This document shows, piece by piece, positions 40,828 through 52,773 of a stretch of DNA of 64,000 bases (positions are counted from its first letter, which is position 1; each line of letters begins with the position of its first letter). The stretch spans positions 38,688,001 to 38,752,000 of the forward strand of contig OX597828.1 of the NCBI GenBank assembly GCA_951406725.2. The letters are read 5' to 3'. The position numbers were made by a program, and so were the translations under genes. Under the pieces are notes generated by a model. The model saw only the letters and a list, made by a program, of their open reading frames with translations. It had not been told where the DNA came from and searched no databases. Source of the DNA: Octopus vulgaris (Eukaryota).

Positions 40828-42080
40828 TCAGTGAGTTTATAAGGAATGTGTTTATACATACCTGATGTCAGTGAGTTTATAAACAATGTGTTTATAGATA
40901 TCTGATGTCAGTGAGTTTATAAGCGATGTGTTTACAAATATCTGATTTCAGTGAGTTTATACATATCTGATATCAGTGAGTTTATAAGCAATGTGTTTAT
41001 AGATATCTGATGTCAGTGAGTTTATAAGCAATCTGTTTATAGATATCTGATATCAGTGAGTTTATAAGCAATGTGTTTATAGATATCTGATATCAGTGAG
41101 TTTATAAGCAATGTGTTTATAGATATCTGATATCAGTGAGTTTATAAGCAATGTGTTCATAGATATCTGATACCAGTGAGTTTATAAGCAATGTGTTTAT
41201 AGATATCTGATGTCAGTGAGTTTATAAGCAATGTATTTATAGATATTTGATATCAGTGAGTTTATAAGCAATGTGTTTATAGATATCTGATGTCAGTGAG
41301 TTTATAAGCAATCTGTTTATAGATATCTGATATCAGTGAGTTTATAAGCAATGTGTTTATAGATATCTGATGTCAGTGAGTTTATAAGCAATGTGTTTAT
41401 AGATATTTGATATCAGTGAGTTTATAAGCAATGTGTTTATAGATATCTGATGTCAGTGAGTTTATAAGCAATCTGTTTATAGATATCTGATATCAGTGAG
41501 TTTATAAGCAATGTGTTTATAGATATCTGATGTCAGTGAGTTTATAAGCAATGTGTTTATAGATATTTGATATCAGTGAGTTTATAAGCAATGTGTTTAT
41601 AGATATCTGATGTCAGTGAGTTTATAAGCAATGTGTTTATAGATATCTGATATCAGTGAGTTTATAAGCAATGTGTTTATAGATATCTGATGTCAGTGAG
41701 TTTATAAGCAATCTGTTTATATATATCTGATATCAGTGAGTTTATAAGCAATGTGTTTATAGATATCTGATATCAGTGAGTTTATAAGCAATGTGTTTAT
41801 AGATATCTGATATCAGTGAGTTTATAAGCAATGTGTTCATAGATATCTGATACCAGTGAGTTTATAAGCAATGTGTTTATAGATATCTGATATCAGTGAG
41901 TTTATACATATCTGATATCAGTGAGTTTATAAGGAATGTGTTTATAGATATAGATATCTGATATCAGTGAGTTTATAAGCAACATGTTTATAGATACCTG
42001 ATATCAGTGAGTTTATAACCACTGTGTTGATAGATATCAGATACCAGTGAGTTTATAAGCAACCTGTTTATAGATATTTA
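40828..42080. repeat. 40-bp minisatellite, ~31 copies
   Basis: Unit TATCAGTGAGTTTATAAGCAATGTGTTTATAGATATCTGA, head-to-tail with no spacers. Confidence 0.95.
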
Positions 42081-42689
42081 AAAGTGATCCATGTCTGCTG
42101 ACAAAGATTCCAAAAGGAGTGCAATGTATGTATAGTTATTCCCCCTTTTTATGTCCACAAACATATTGAGCTGATGAATTGTTTACAATCATATCATACA
42201 ACATTTACTAAAAGTAAAAAACAAATAAATTCATTTGGCTGTGTGGCAAGAAGCTTGCTTCCCAACCACATAGTTCCGGGTTCAGTTCCACTGCGTGGCA
42301 CCTTGGGCAAGTGTCTTCTAGTATAGCCTTGGGCTAACCAAAACTCTGTGAGTGAATTTGATAGATGGAAACTGAAAGAAGCCCATCGTGTGTGTATGTC
42401 TTTTTGCCTGTGTTAGTACCACCACCCCCCTCACACACACACACACACACTGCTTGACAACCAGTGTTGGTGTGTTTACATCCCATAACTTTGCAGTTTG
42501 GTAAAAGAGACAGATAGAATAAGTACCAGGTTTTAAAAACATTATTCCTGGGGTCGTATTGTTCGACTAAAACCCTTCAAGGTTGTGCTCCAGCATGTCC
42601 ACAGTCAAATGACTAAAACAAGTAAAAGAATAAGAGAATATGTTTTATAGTATATTAGAGAGATGTAAGACAAGAGTCTTTGTTGGTGC

Positions 42690-43020
42690 ATAGCATTATC
42701 ACACTACAATTTTGACATCAGATACATTCCTGGTAAAGATACCACTGCTGCTAACATCCTTGCCAGATGTTCCTCCATAACAATCATGACAAACTGCAAC
42801 AGGCAGGACTCTCTGAATGACACACCAATAAGAAATTACTTTCAGTCTTTTTAGCAGTGCAGCCTGCCTGATGATGAACCACGTCTTGTATAGCCAGCTT
42901 CTCAATAAATGTTCCCCATACCTGCTCTATGACAACTCCTCTTGGTATCATAGATTTTTGAAAGCTTTTGTGTCACCTTCAAATGCCTCAATTATGGTAC
43001 AATGTCAATGCTAAAAGCTT
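42690..43020 (+). pseudogene. degenerate Gypsy-like LTR retrotransposon pol fragment
   Basis: HYNFDIRYIPGKDTTAANILAR resembles the RNase H C-terminal motif Y.F.I.Y.PGK.N..AD.LSR. Confidence 0.55.
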
Positions 43021-44241
43021 AACACTTTCTTCGGAAGATGTTTAATCTTTTAGCATTGAAATTATTCTGTCAAAACTAATTGTTTTGAATTAATCATATA
43101 CTGTTTTGTAGCTATGAGATTTTGATGAGGAAACTGTTAATTTTTTAGAAAAATATTGTAGGGTTGATGAGTGAGTCCAGATCTGGCCAGTTTGAACGTA
43201 AAACAGGTAAAATATTTGAGCCAAATATGGCTGGTTAAAATGCTAAAGGGTTTTTAAAAATCTTACAATGAATGCATCATATGCTCTGAATCTAAACTGC
43301 AAATCTACCTTCCATTTAATGCCAAAGTTCACACAGCCATTTAGATGTCTCAGTATTGATTTCAAATGTTCAGCCATCATCTTGTTGCTATCTGTTTCTG
43401 ACTATAGATGAATATTTGAGCTTTCTCTTTGTGATTGCATGTTCAGGTATGACACTTCACAGTCATTCTTTGTCCTTCAATATATATCCTTCAAGTCTGG
43501 TACTCTAGCTTCAAAGATTTTTCCAGTTACCACTGCCAGAAATTCCACTTACATGTATTATACATCTGCATGTGATCCAGTCTAGCTAATGTAAACAGTG
43601 TACTTAAGTATTCAAGTATTGAGATTGATTTTATTGACTCACTTCCTTTCCAAGAAAATTACTGACTTTGTACCTAAGCTAGGGACAAAATACTTAATGT
43701 ATTAAGCATTAGAAATACTAATTAGAAATACTTATGAGTTAATGAAGAGACATTGTTTGTTCAATAACTGATATGTTAACCATTTCAAAAAGACTTTTTG
43801 ATACTCATTAATTATGTGTTATCACTAACTCAACTATTATAAAGCTACCATAGTTATTAAAAATCAAATTATCTACCCACTTGCATAATGTTGTTTAATT
43901 TTTACTCAAATGAAATTTTATGAGTTCTTTCCCTTGATCTCTTTTATGAGTAATTTTCATTAACATTAATGAATTTTTTCTTTCTGTGGTTATAATTTCT
44001 ATTGATTAAAATTATTTTTAGCCCATCGCATTAAATATGGTAGCCTGTTCCTAACTATATGTTATTCATGCTAACAACATCCTTGGGCAATTTTTTAATA
44101 TTATTTATTTTAACTTGCCTAATCAATGAATTATTTTCATACCAAAGTTATAAACTGTTCATGATATAAACTGTTCAGATAGCTTTATGCAGGCAATGCT
44201 TTACTGAGGAAACCTAATAACACTGAAACCTGTCCTGAGTT

Positions 44242-44592
<351 letters not shown>

Positions 44593-44874
44593 CAATTCTT
44601 TTTTATTGGCCACAAGGGCTGACACGCATGATTACATAAAGGGACAAGACAGGACGAAAGGTTACAAAGGGTTTTGTCCGTTTTTTTAAAACATCGAGTA
44701 AAAATCTTTATAACAACTTATAAAATTCAACAATGAAAAACTCCCAAAAGGGGGAGACGTCTCGAAATGTTCCCGGTGGAAAAAACCCTACAAAAGCCAA
44801 CGGGAGCCTGGTCAAAAAAAGGGGGTGTAGAGAGTCCCCTTTCTTCTCCTTTTACATTACCTTTTTCTTTGAAA

Positions 44875-47800
44875 TCACAGGCGAAACCTGAGAACTGGTC
44901 CATTTATACAGGCCAGTCTCGCACAATTCACCCACCTTTCATAAAACTTGCTATCGGACAGCACTTTCCTCTCTAACCTCATCTTCCTTTTCAAGTGAAA
45001 CTTGAAAAAGTTGATGAGGCCTTGACCAAAGAGGAAAGTGTCTGTCTTTAGCCCTTTTAAACGAGTCCACCACACGACCTCTTTCGCCACAGCCACTAGG
45101 CACAAGAAAACGGCCTCGCCCTCCTTGTTAAAGGAGGTCGGCGGGGCAATCTTCACTATGGATTCGGCCGATAGTCGGATCCGTCCCACACGTGACAGTA
45201 GCTGTTCGACATAAACCCATATTTCAGCAATACTCGGGCACTGGACGAGTGCGTGCAGAACGGTTTCGTCGTCCTGGCAACACCTCGGGCAGGCCCGGCT
45301 GACGGCACTTCCGTGCCGGTAGAGTTTATCTCGAACAGGCAGAGCCCCTCGGTAGCACTGCCAGGCGAGAGACCTCTGGAAATTATCCATCGGCCCCGGC
45401 CCGAAAGTCCTCCCGAACAGACTGCTCAGTTCGTCGTCTTCAACGCCTAGAGTTTCCCCGAGAACGTCGTCGCATTTTTCCTCCACTAACCCTCTATAGA
45501 ACGCTAGAGTGGAGCTGTAACCGACCGCATTGCCCGCCTGGTGGAGGGCGGAGAGGGCTTGACGGCACTCGAGGTGCCAAGCGCCCTTTCTCGGTCTACG
45601 TTTGATCCAGGTCTGCAGCTCCGTCAAAGAGACGAGCTGCGGAAAATCGCGTCTGACAAAAGACGACCACACCTGTTCACCGTCTAGGAAGCGCTTGAGA
45701 TGCCGCAGCCTGAGCGCATGTCTGCGCAACAGCAACCACGGCATTCCAAGGCCTCCGTTCAGCGGTCGTTGACAGCAGATGGATCGCCTGACCAGTGGCA
45801 CCTGACCCTTCCACAAAAAGTCGAAGAGCAGACGTACCAGCTTGGCCAACCAGCGGTTGGGACAAGGGACGACGGTCAAGCGGTAATAGATGACGGATGC
45901 GATGTACGCATTCGCCACCTCCGCTCGACCTTTCAGGGACAGCTTCCTCTCGGCCCATTTCTGGGTGAGACGTGCCACTCTGCTCGTCACCTCTTCCCAG
46001 TTCTTATCCACCTGGAGGTCCGGACCGAACCAGACCCCGAGCAGTTTAACGGGTCCGTCTGTCCAGCGCCCTACGACGCTGTTGGACGGCATGGGCTTGC
46101 CTCTCCAGGTGCCCAGTTGCAAGCCCACAGACTTTTCCGCGTTAATCTTTGCCCCTGTCACCGCTTCGTACTGGTTTAGCGTCTCGCCAATCAGGCTAAT
46201 GTGCCTGTGGCTCGACACCACCACGGTGACGTCGTCGGCATAAGCAGACACGCTGTTTCCGCCTCCTAGATCGCGCGGGATGCCCCTCAAAGCCTCCAAC
46301 TTGCGCAGTAATGGCTCGAGAGTCAAAATGTACAAGAGGGAGGAGAGAGGGCATCCTTGGCGGACCGAACGCGAGATGTCGAACGGTTCCGAAAGGTGAC
46401 CGTTCACCCGTATCACCGAGCAGATGTTGCTGTATAAAGCAGCGATCCACCCGCGGAAGACTGGACCGAAGCCGGCTGCCTTGAGGACAGCTGCCAGGTA
46501 CTGATGGTCGACCCTATCGAAGGCTTTACTCTGATCCAAGTTGATCAAAGCCCCACCCGCGCCAGCGTCGTTACCCACCCTCTCTATGATGTAGCGCATG
46601 AGATGGAGGTTGGCGTGTATCGACCTGGTCGGCACGGCGCATGTCTGCGTCCCGCCGACCAGCTTGTCCACGACAAGCGCCAATCTCTTGGCTAGCACCT
46701 TGGCCAAAATCTTCAACTCTGCATTGAGCAGAGTGATGGGCCGGAAATTCCCTATAACGTCCCCCTTGTTTGGGTCCTTCTTTAGCAAAGCCACCACCCC
46801 TCGACAGACAAAAGCAGGAATTCTCCCGTTTTGCTGCCAGTTGCAGTAGACGTTTGCCAACAGGTCCGCAAACAAGTCTGGCATCGAAAAGTAAAGCTCG
46901 TAGGGCAGACCATCCAAACCCGGCGATCTACCTCTCGTGCAACTCTTCATCGCTTCCTGTACTTCCCAGGCAGATATCGGTCCTTCGCAGCACTCCGCCT
47001 CGCTGTCCGAGAGTTGCGGCAGTCCGTCCAGGTACACACCGAAGTCTGTACCGTTGGTGTCCGTTCCACCGCTCGTCCCAAACAGTTGAGCAAAGTGCCG
47101 CTGAAGCACCGTACACATCTGCTTCGGTTGGGTAACCTCGCGCCCGTTCTGGTCCACCAAAGACTGAATGGTTGCTTTGTTGCCTCGCTTCGCCTCCGCC
47201 ACGCGGGCCCATCGAGCGGCTCTAGTCCCCTCCCCGTTTAGCGAACGTGCCTTAGCTCTGACAACGCAGCCTTCGTGTTTGGCGTCGAAGTGTTGGTCGA
47301 GGGCCAACCTTGCCGCCAACACGTCGGTCGCGATGCCAGTGTCAAGAGCCTCGTCTAGTTTCTTAACTAAATCCCGCTCTCTCTTCCTACGTTCAATAGC
47401 TAGAGTCTTACTATACCTAATCGACTCTACTCTAATTGCTCTCTTGAGGGCAAACCACCAGTTGTTGTTGATGATTGCCCCCGTGAGCGCCCGCTTAACT
47501 AGTAAACTAATCCGGTCTCTGTAAGCTTTGCACGCCGTTAACGACGCGTTCAGCTTCCAGTAGCCGGGTCCCTGTCTATGTAGCCTATCTAAGTCGACCG
47601 TACAGATCACTAATTTGTGGTCCGTATATTCGACTAGGTGGAATTGTGGACACCCTACGCTGTCCTTATCCGCTGGCCTACAAAACACTCTATCTAAGTA
47701 CGATCTAGACGACCCGATGCGGTTTGTCCAAGTCCACATTGGCACATTCGGGTTGTCTAGTCGAAACCTGTCGGACAGCTGAAAGCGGCCGAGTAGGTTG

Positions 47801-48309
47801 GCGAGGCTCTTGCACCCTCCCCCTCTCCTAACAGACGCTCCCCTGCCCACCCGATCGAAACGTTCGTCTAAGACAGCGTTCCAATCCCCAACTAGTACTA
47901 GAGTGCGTGACGTTCCCAGGAAAACTTCCAGACGTTTGAAATAATCCGACTGCCCTGCTCCTGTCGGAGCGTAGGCAGCCAGCAGTCTGAAAGCACCGCC
48001 GTCACTACCGTCGACGTCGAGGACCACCAACTTACCTTCCGGATCCAAGAAGACTGTCCTTATTTTCAGGTCCAGGCCCTTCCGAAACAACACCGCAGTA
48101 CCACCACCGCCCGCTCCCGGCCGACACGGAGATAGAAATATCTCGTATCCGCCGAAAAGGGCTGCGAGTTCCTGCGGGTCGGAGAGCCTGGTTTCACTGA
48201 TGGCTGCTACATCCACATCATGAAACCTCAGGTCGTTTAACAGGTGACCCTGTTTCCAAGGTGACCCGAGGCCTCTCACATTCAAGCAACCGATTCTAAG
48301 ATTTGCCAT
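44875..48309 (-). CDS. LINE ORF2: AP endonuclease + reverse transcriptase + zf-RVT, 1144 aa, uninterrupted
   Basis: APE motifs LNVRGL, SET, GDWN, YLDRV, TDH; YWKLN; RT motifs SPGLDG, FRPITLLN, KAFDRV, RQGCPLS, YADD; CPRC..ETVLHALVQC. Confidence 0.96.
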   Translation of the reverse strand: MANLRIGCLNVRGLGSPWKQGHLLNDLRFHDVDVAAISETRLSDPQELAALFGGYEIFLSPCRPGAGGGGTAVLFRKGLDLKIRTVFLDPEGKLVVLDVDGSDGGAFRLLAAYAPTGAGQSDYFKRLEVFLGTSRTLVLVGDWNAVLDERFDRVGRGASVRRGGGCKSLANLLGRFQLSDRFRLDNPNVPMWTWTNRIGSSRSYLDRVFCRPADKDSVGCPQFHLVEYTDHKLVICTVDLDRLHRQGPGYWKLNASLTACKAYRDRISLLVKRALTGAIINNNWWFALKRAIRVESIRYSKTLAIERRKRERDLVKKLDEALDTGIATDVLAARLALDQHFDAKHEGCVVRAKARSLNGEGTRAARWARVAEAKRGNKATIQSLVDQNGREVTQPKQMCTVLQRHFAQLFGTSGGTDTNGTDFGVYLDGLPQLSDSEAECCEGPISAWEVQEAMKSCTRGRSPGLDGLPYELYFSMPDLFADLLANVYCNWQQNGRIPAFVCRGVVALLKKDPNKGDVIGNFRPITLLNAELKILAKVLAKRLALVVDKLVGGTQTCAVPTRSIHANLHLMRYIIERVGNDAGAGGALINLDQSKAFDRVDHQYLAAVLKAAGFGPVFRGWIAALYSNICSVIRVNGHLSEPFDISRSVRQGCPLSSLLYILTLEPLLRKLEALRGIPRDLGGGNSVSAYADDVTVVVSSHRHISLIGETLNQYEAVTGAKINAEKSVGLQLGTWRGKPMPSNSVVGRWTDGPVKLLGVWFGPDLQVDKNWEEVTSRVARLTQKWAERKLSLKGRAEVANAYIASVIYYRLTVVPCPNRWLAKLVRLLFDFLWKGQVPLVRRSICCQRPLNGGLGMPWLLLRRHALRLRHLKRFLDGEQVWSSFVRRDFPQLVSLTELQTWIKRRPRKGAWHLECRQALSALHQAGNAVGYSSTLAFYRGLVEEKCDDVLGETLGVEDDELSSLFGRTFGPGPMDNFQRSLAWQCYRGALPVRDKLYRHGSAVSRACPRCCQDDETVLHALVQCPSIAEIWVYVEQLLSRVGRIRLSAESIVKIAPPTSFNKEGEAVFLCLVAVAKEVVWWTRLKGLKTDTFLFGQGLINFFKFHLKRKMRLERKVLSDSKFYERWVNCARLACINGPVLRFRL

Positions 48310-48347
48310 GTCTCAAAGTAGGGGGAAAAAAAGGAGAAAAAAAGGCT

Positions 48348-49155
48348 CTACTTACTGTTGTTGGTGGTGGGGGTGGCTCCCTTGTGCTTTTGCACGGGTG
48401 CTTCCACAATGTTTTTATAAAGTTTCTTCGAGAAACTTTTCCCTAGCGATCCCACATCGTTAGGGAATATTTGTTTGATTTCATCATATGATTTTGCATT
48501 TATTTTTATTGTGAGAATGTGTGCTGGTGGTGTGTTTTGTGTTGGTATGATGAAATCGGTTATATTTGTACTAGTTTTGTTTTTTAAGTACTCCACTAGT
48601 TTTTGGTTCTTTGTGTTTATTGATGTAATTGTGTCTGTGTGTGTTTGTGTGTGTGGCAGTGGCAGTAGTGGTGTCGAAAGTGTTGTTGTTGTTTGTTGTT
48701 GTGAGTGTGTGTTGTTGTTGTTGTTGTTGTTGATGTTGGGAAGCACTATTTGTTCGTGCTTCCCCTGTAAATCTTTTTGTTTCTTCCTCCTTTTCTTCTT
48801 TGGAGGCACTATACTCCATTCTCCTTTGTTGGAATCAGAGCTCGCACAATCCGAGATCTCTTCATCCGGCAAAGGAATGGTTGAGGGGTCTGCTTCAGTA
48901 GCAGGACGAAAAGTTTCTGGTTCCACCGGTATCGGTGGTGCCGCTGCTCCTGTTACTGTTGATGTCGCTGCTGTCGACCTTCGAGGTACTGGTGTCGGTG
49001 TTGGTTTGGTGGTGGTTGTCGGTGTTGGTTTGGTGGTGGTTGTTGTTGTTGGAGGTGGTGTTGCTCGTCTTGGTGCTGGTGTTGGTGATGGTGTTGGTGG
49101 TGTGGCAGCCTTTGGTGTTTCTTGCTGTTTTTGTTGTTTCTGTTGTTGTTGCTTG

Positions 49156-49186
<31 letters not shown>

Positions 49187-49990
49187 GCTGCTGCCTCTTG
49201 CTGAAAGCCTCCATCCTCTTTTTGTGAATGGGACAGTCCCTCTTTAAGTGGCTTTCGCTGCTGCAGAGAAAGCATTTTGGCTTTCGCCCTCCACAGCAAC
49301 GTTTAGCCTAGTGCCGTCCGGCAAACTTACGAAATCAGGGACTTTACTTATATTCTCTTGCTGAATTTGCGCAAGAAGCAGCACTCCCATCCCCAACCAG
49401 TTTTTCGCCCTCACTCTCCTGACATCTAGAATGGTGGTAGTGTCCTCTATATCATAGAGGACAGCTGCCACCAGCCATGACATATTTAATTCAGGGGGGA
49501 CGAGGTCGATTTTTATTTTTGTAACTCTTCGCCCGAGGTGGGTTGGAATTAGTAACAAATTCTCAGTTTGCAAGGGCGAAATGGCGTTCGCCCTTGCCAG
49601 CTCCTCTGTTGGGAAGCGAACCTCCACGGTTCCAAAACGCTTCCCCTTGGTTACGTAGCTCTTTTGGGCCCAAATGGGCTTTAGAGCTATCTCCAACTGT
49701 TGGGGTGTGGCATTTGTTATTCTTTTTAGTTTTCTGTCGAAAACTTTGTAAATTATTGTTTGCTTGTTGGTGCTTTCAATCACCTCTTGTGGAGTATTGA
49801 GGAAGATACCATTGCCATCCTTCCTTAACAATTCCTTCGCTCTTTTCACATCTTCTAGAGTTATCTTAACTTCCTCCGAAATTTGCTTCGCAGCAGAAGC
49901 AAAATTGTTGGAAGTTTTTTCTTTTATCTCCGTGTCAATGTTTGTGATGATTTTTGTATTTGTTTTTTCTCCCTCCTCCTTCCTTACCAA
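48348..49990 (-). CDS. LINE ORF1 (gag-like: putative RRM region, CCHC knuckle, polyQ/Pro-Thr linker, basic motif), split by a frameshift near 49288
   Basis: The 248-aa and 288-aa ORFs are joined by one extra G, giving EGRKPKCFLCSSESHLKRDC (CX2CX4HX4C at 49233-49274); WSIVPPKKKRRKK follows; true start uncertain. Confidence 0.8.
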
Positions 49991-50360
49991 AGCATTGGGT
50001 GAAGGCAGAGGGGAAAATCAAGAATTACGTCGAACGCGACGTCATGACTTGCATTTTCCTTTTGAACCGAGCGCGTGCTCTGCGGTTCGGAAGGAGAATC
50101 TTGTTGCCTTTTAAGGCGTGAAGTGGGTGTTTTGTACGAGTTGTGCGTGTTTGCGGAGGGAGTGTATTTTGAAGGAAGGAACAGCCAACTGTTCGCTTCA
50201 TAGCCATGTTTTTTCTTGTTGTAATATTCAAAATGTTGAAAAATGTCAAATGTTCAAAATTTTCAAACGCAATTTCACCCCGAATGGGGCAAAATTTCGC
50301 CCAACCGACGAGCTCCGCAAGAAGCCGGTCGGTTTGGCTACAGAAATATTAAAAAATATT

Positions 50361-50472
50361 CAACAACAACAACAACATCAAAAAATACCTTAGGAATGAG
50401 AACAAATATCCATCAAATGTAAATAATATAAATAATGTACATAATTCCCCATCTCTTAAATATAGAACTGTA
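50361..50472 (+). mobile_element. distal right arm and 3' terminus of the tRNA-head/(AAT)n element
   Basis: 50361-50437 is the reverse complement of 44242-44320; ends ataattccccatctcttaaatatagaactgta as at 62138 (inverted) and ~56685. Confidence 0.85.
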
Positions 50473-50893
50473 CGGTCCTGAGTTGTTCCAAAACTTCCAG
50501 ATATCAGACACTTCCTTACTCCAAGCATACTTAAATTTAATTTCTGACAATGTGAGCCCAAGAGTTTTCTTCCCTGCTTCTTTTGAGAATAATTTTCATT
50601 AACACTAATGACATTTCTTCCTATTGCAGTTATAATTTCATTTGAGTAAAAACTTTTTTCAGCTCACCACACATTGGTTGTTTTACAAGAATAATGTGAA
50701 AGCACATGGCCTAATTCCTGGGGTATTCAGCACATGATCTTGAGGTCATAGGTTCAATTTCTGGATCCGGTAGAGCATTGTAACCTTGAACAAGACATTT
50801 CATTTCACATTACTCCAATATACCCAGCTGTAACTGAATGTTAGCCAGTTATTAGTGCAGCCCTTTTCTCTCTTCACCTTTCACATCCTAGAT

Positions 50894-51035
50894 CAGGCAT
50901 GCACAACCTTTCTCAAGAAACAGGCCACATAAGACATGGCTCATAATCAGGTAGGCCACACTACTAAACAAATATTAAGTAATTTTCCATTTAGGCATGC
51001 AGAACATCCCATGGGCTGCTGGTAGTCCATGACTG
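50894..51035. mobile_element. hAT MITE, 142 bp
   Basis: TIRs CAGGCATGCACAAC / GTAGTCCATGACTG; perfect 8-bp TSD TCCTAGAT. Confidence 0.75.
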
Positions 51036-51787
51036 TCCTAGATGTTCCAGAGTGTCATGAGTAAGAGTACTAATTGACTAATCAATTTACTACTACTTAG
51101 GCACCTCAGGCAATTAGTAACAGTGTTGTATTTATTACCAAGCTGTACTCATTCTTAGGTAATGGCAGGATTGCGGTACTTTAAGTACAACTGTAAAGTA
51201 CTTTATTTTATCTTTGCATGGGTCTTCTTCCTTTCTCCTTAGTTTCTTCCCTTTACTTTTCCTTTAATTCTCTTTTCAGTCTATCCTTCTTCCTTCTGTT
51301 CTTCCTCCTGTTCTTCTGTCTTGCTTTCATTGTTTTTATTTTATTTTCTTTCCTTTTCATTTCTTTCTTTCTTTCTTTCTGATACTTTTATAAAGAACTA
51401 AGAAAAACAAAAACAATAAAAAACACAAAACAAGAAGGAAAAAAAAACCCCACTCATAATCAGAAATTCCAGTGTTCTATTTCCAACAAGTTTTTTGTTT
51501 TTATTTTGCCAGTTTGTAAGAGAAGAACCTAAACATAATTCATGTAATGCTAAACACCCACAGTCCTTTGGGGCTTTTAAATTACCCCTTGATATTACTG
51601 CCTACTACTACTACAACTCCCACTACTACTGCTGCTGCTACATCTACTTCTACACTGTCTCTTTCTCTCTTTTCTCTCTCTAACATATGATGTATTATGG
51701 AAGTTCCTATATAGTTTTCCTTATATAAAGCACTTTGAGCAACAGATTACTTTATTATACACCACAGGATATTTATCAACACACATA

Positions 51788-51836
<49 letters not shown>

Positions 51837-52004
51837 TGCCCACACAAATATGCATACACATGTGCCATCATAACACACCAGTGCATATGTATATAATACT
51901 TGCTTACATACATTCTGAAGTGAAAGAATTTTGGTCTCTGGCACTGTAAACTACTAAACTACAGGTTAATTTATAGTTTATTCAGTTCTTCGCAGCCAAG
52001 TCTT

Positions 52005-52074
<70 letters not shown>

Positions 52075-52446
52075 CCTCTCTCCTCCTCCTCCTCTCCTCC
52101 CCACTGTCTCTCTCACCAGATCTGTAACTGGGAGTTAAGCCAGGCATGAAATATCCAGTACATTGACTAACTGCCAGAGATGGTACTGCTAAGTATGTAT
52201 ATTTCTACAGAAGCCAACCCAAACAAGAGAATCTCTATACAGTTGCTCAGCCTACAAGAAATAGCAGCTGAATTCCTGCAAATGGCATCAGTCTTCTCAA
52301 AAAAGAACACATTGGGAAAACATGGTTCCGGGTTCTCATCCCACTGTGTGACACTTTGGGCAAGTTCTTTCTACTATAGCCTTGGGCTGACCAAAGCCTT
52401 GTGAGTGAATCTGGTAGACAAAAACTGAAAGAAGTCTGTCATATGC

Positions 52447-52500
<54 letters not shown>

Positions 52501-52701
52501 TTAAGAGACAGAACCTCCATAAAGTAATTCAATTGATAATGAAAGATATTATCTATAATAAAATATAAATTTAAATATATTATTATTAACATTGTACTAA
52601 AAATTTCTATACTAAATAATACACATTAAAATGATGACGCACGTTTCTTGACTATGTATACAAATGTACAATATCAAAATACATACATATATATATATAT
52701 G

Positions 52702-52769
<68 letters not shown>

Positions 52770-52773
52770 TATA

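Larger units (their letters stand above)
44593..50360 (-). mobile_element. full-length Tx1/L1-clade non-LTR retrotransposon (~5.8 kb)
   Basis: 5'UTR, ORF1, 38-nt spacer, ORF2 and a ~280-nt 3'UTR ending AATAAAAAAGAATTG then (ATT)n; CpG-rich and undecayed. Confidence 0.93.

Noticed and set aside
40828-42080. CRISPR-like array
   Set aside because: Units are contiguous with no unique spacers, there are no cas genes, and the context is eukaryotic
45253-49227. Plus-strand and alternate-frame ORFs over the LINE
   Set aside because: Shadows of GC-rich ORF2 and ORF1 with no motifs
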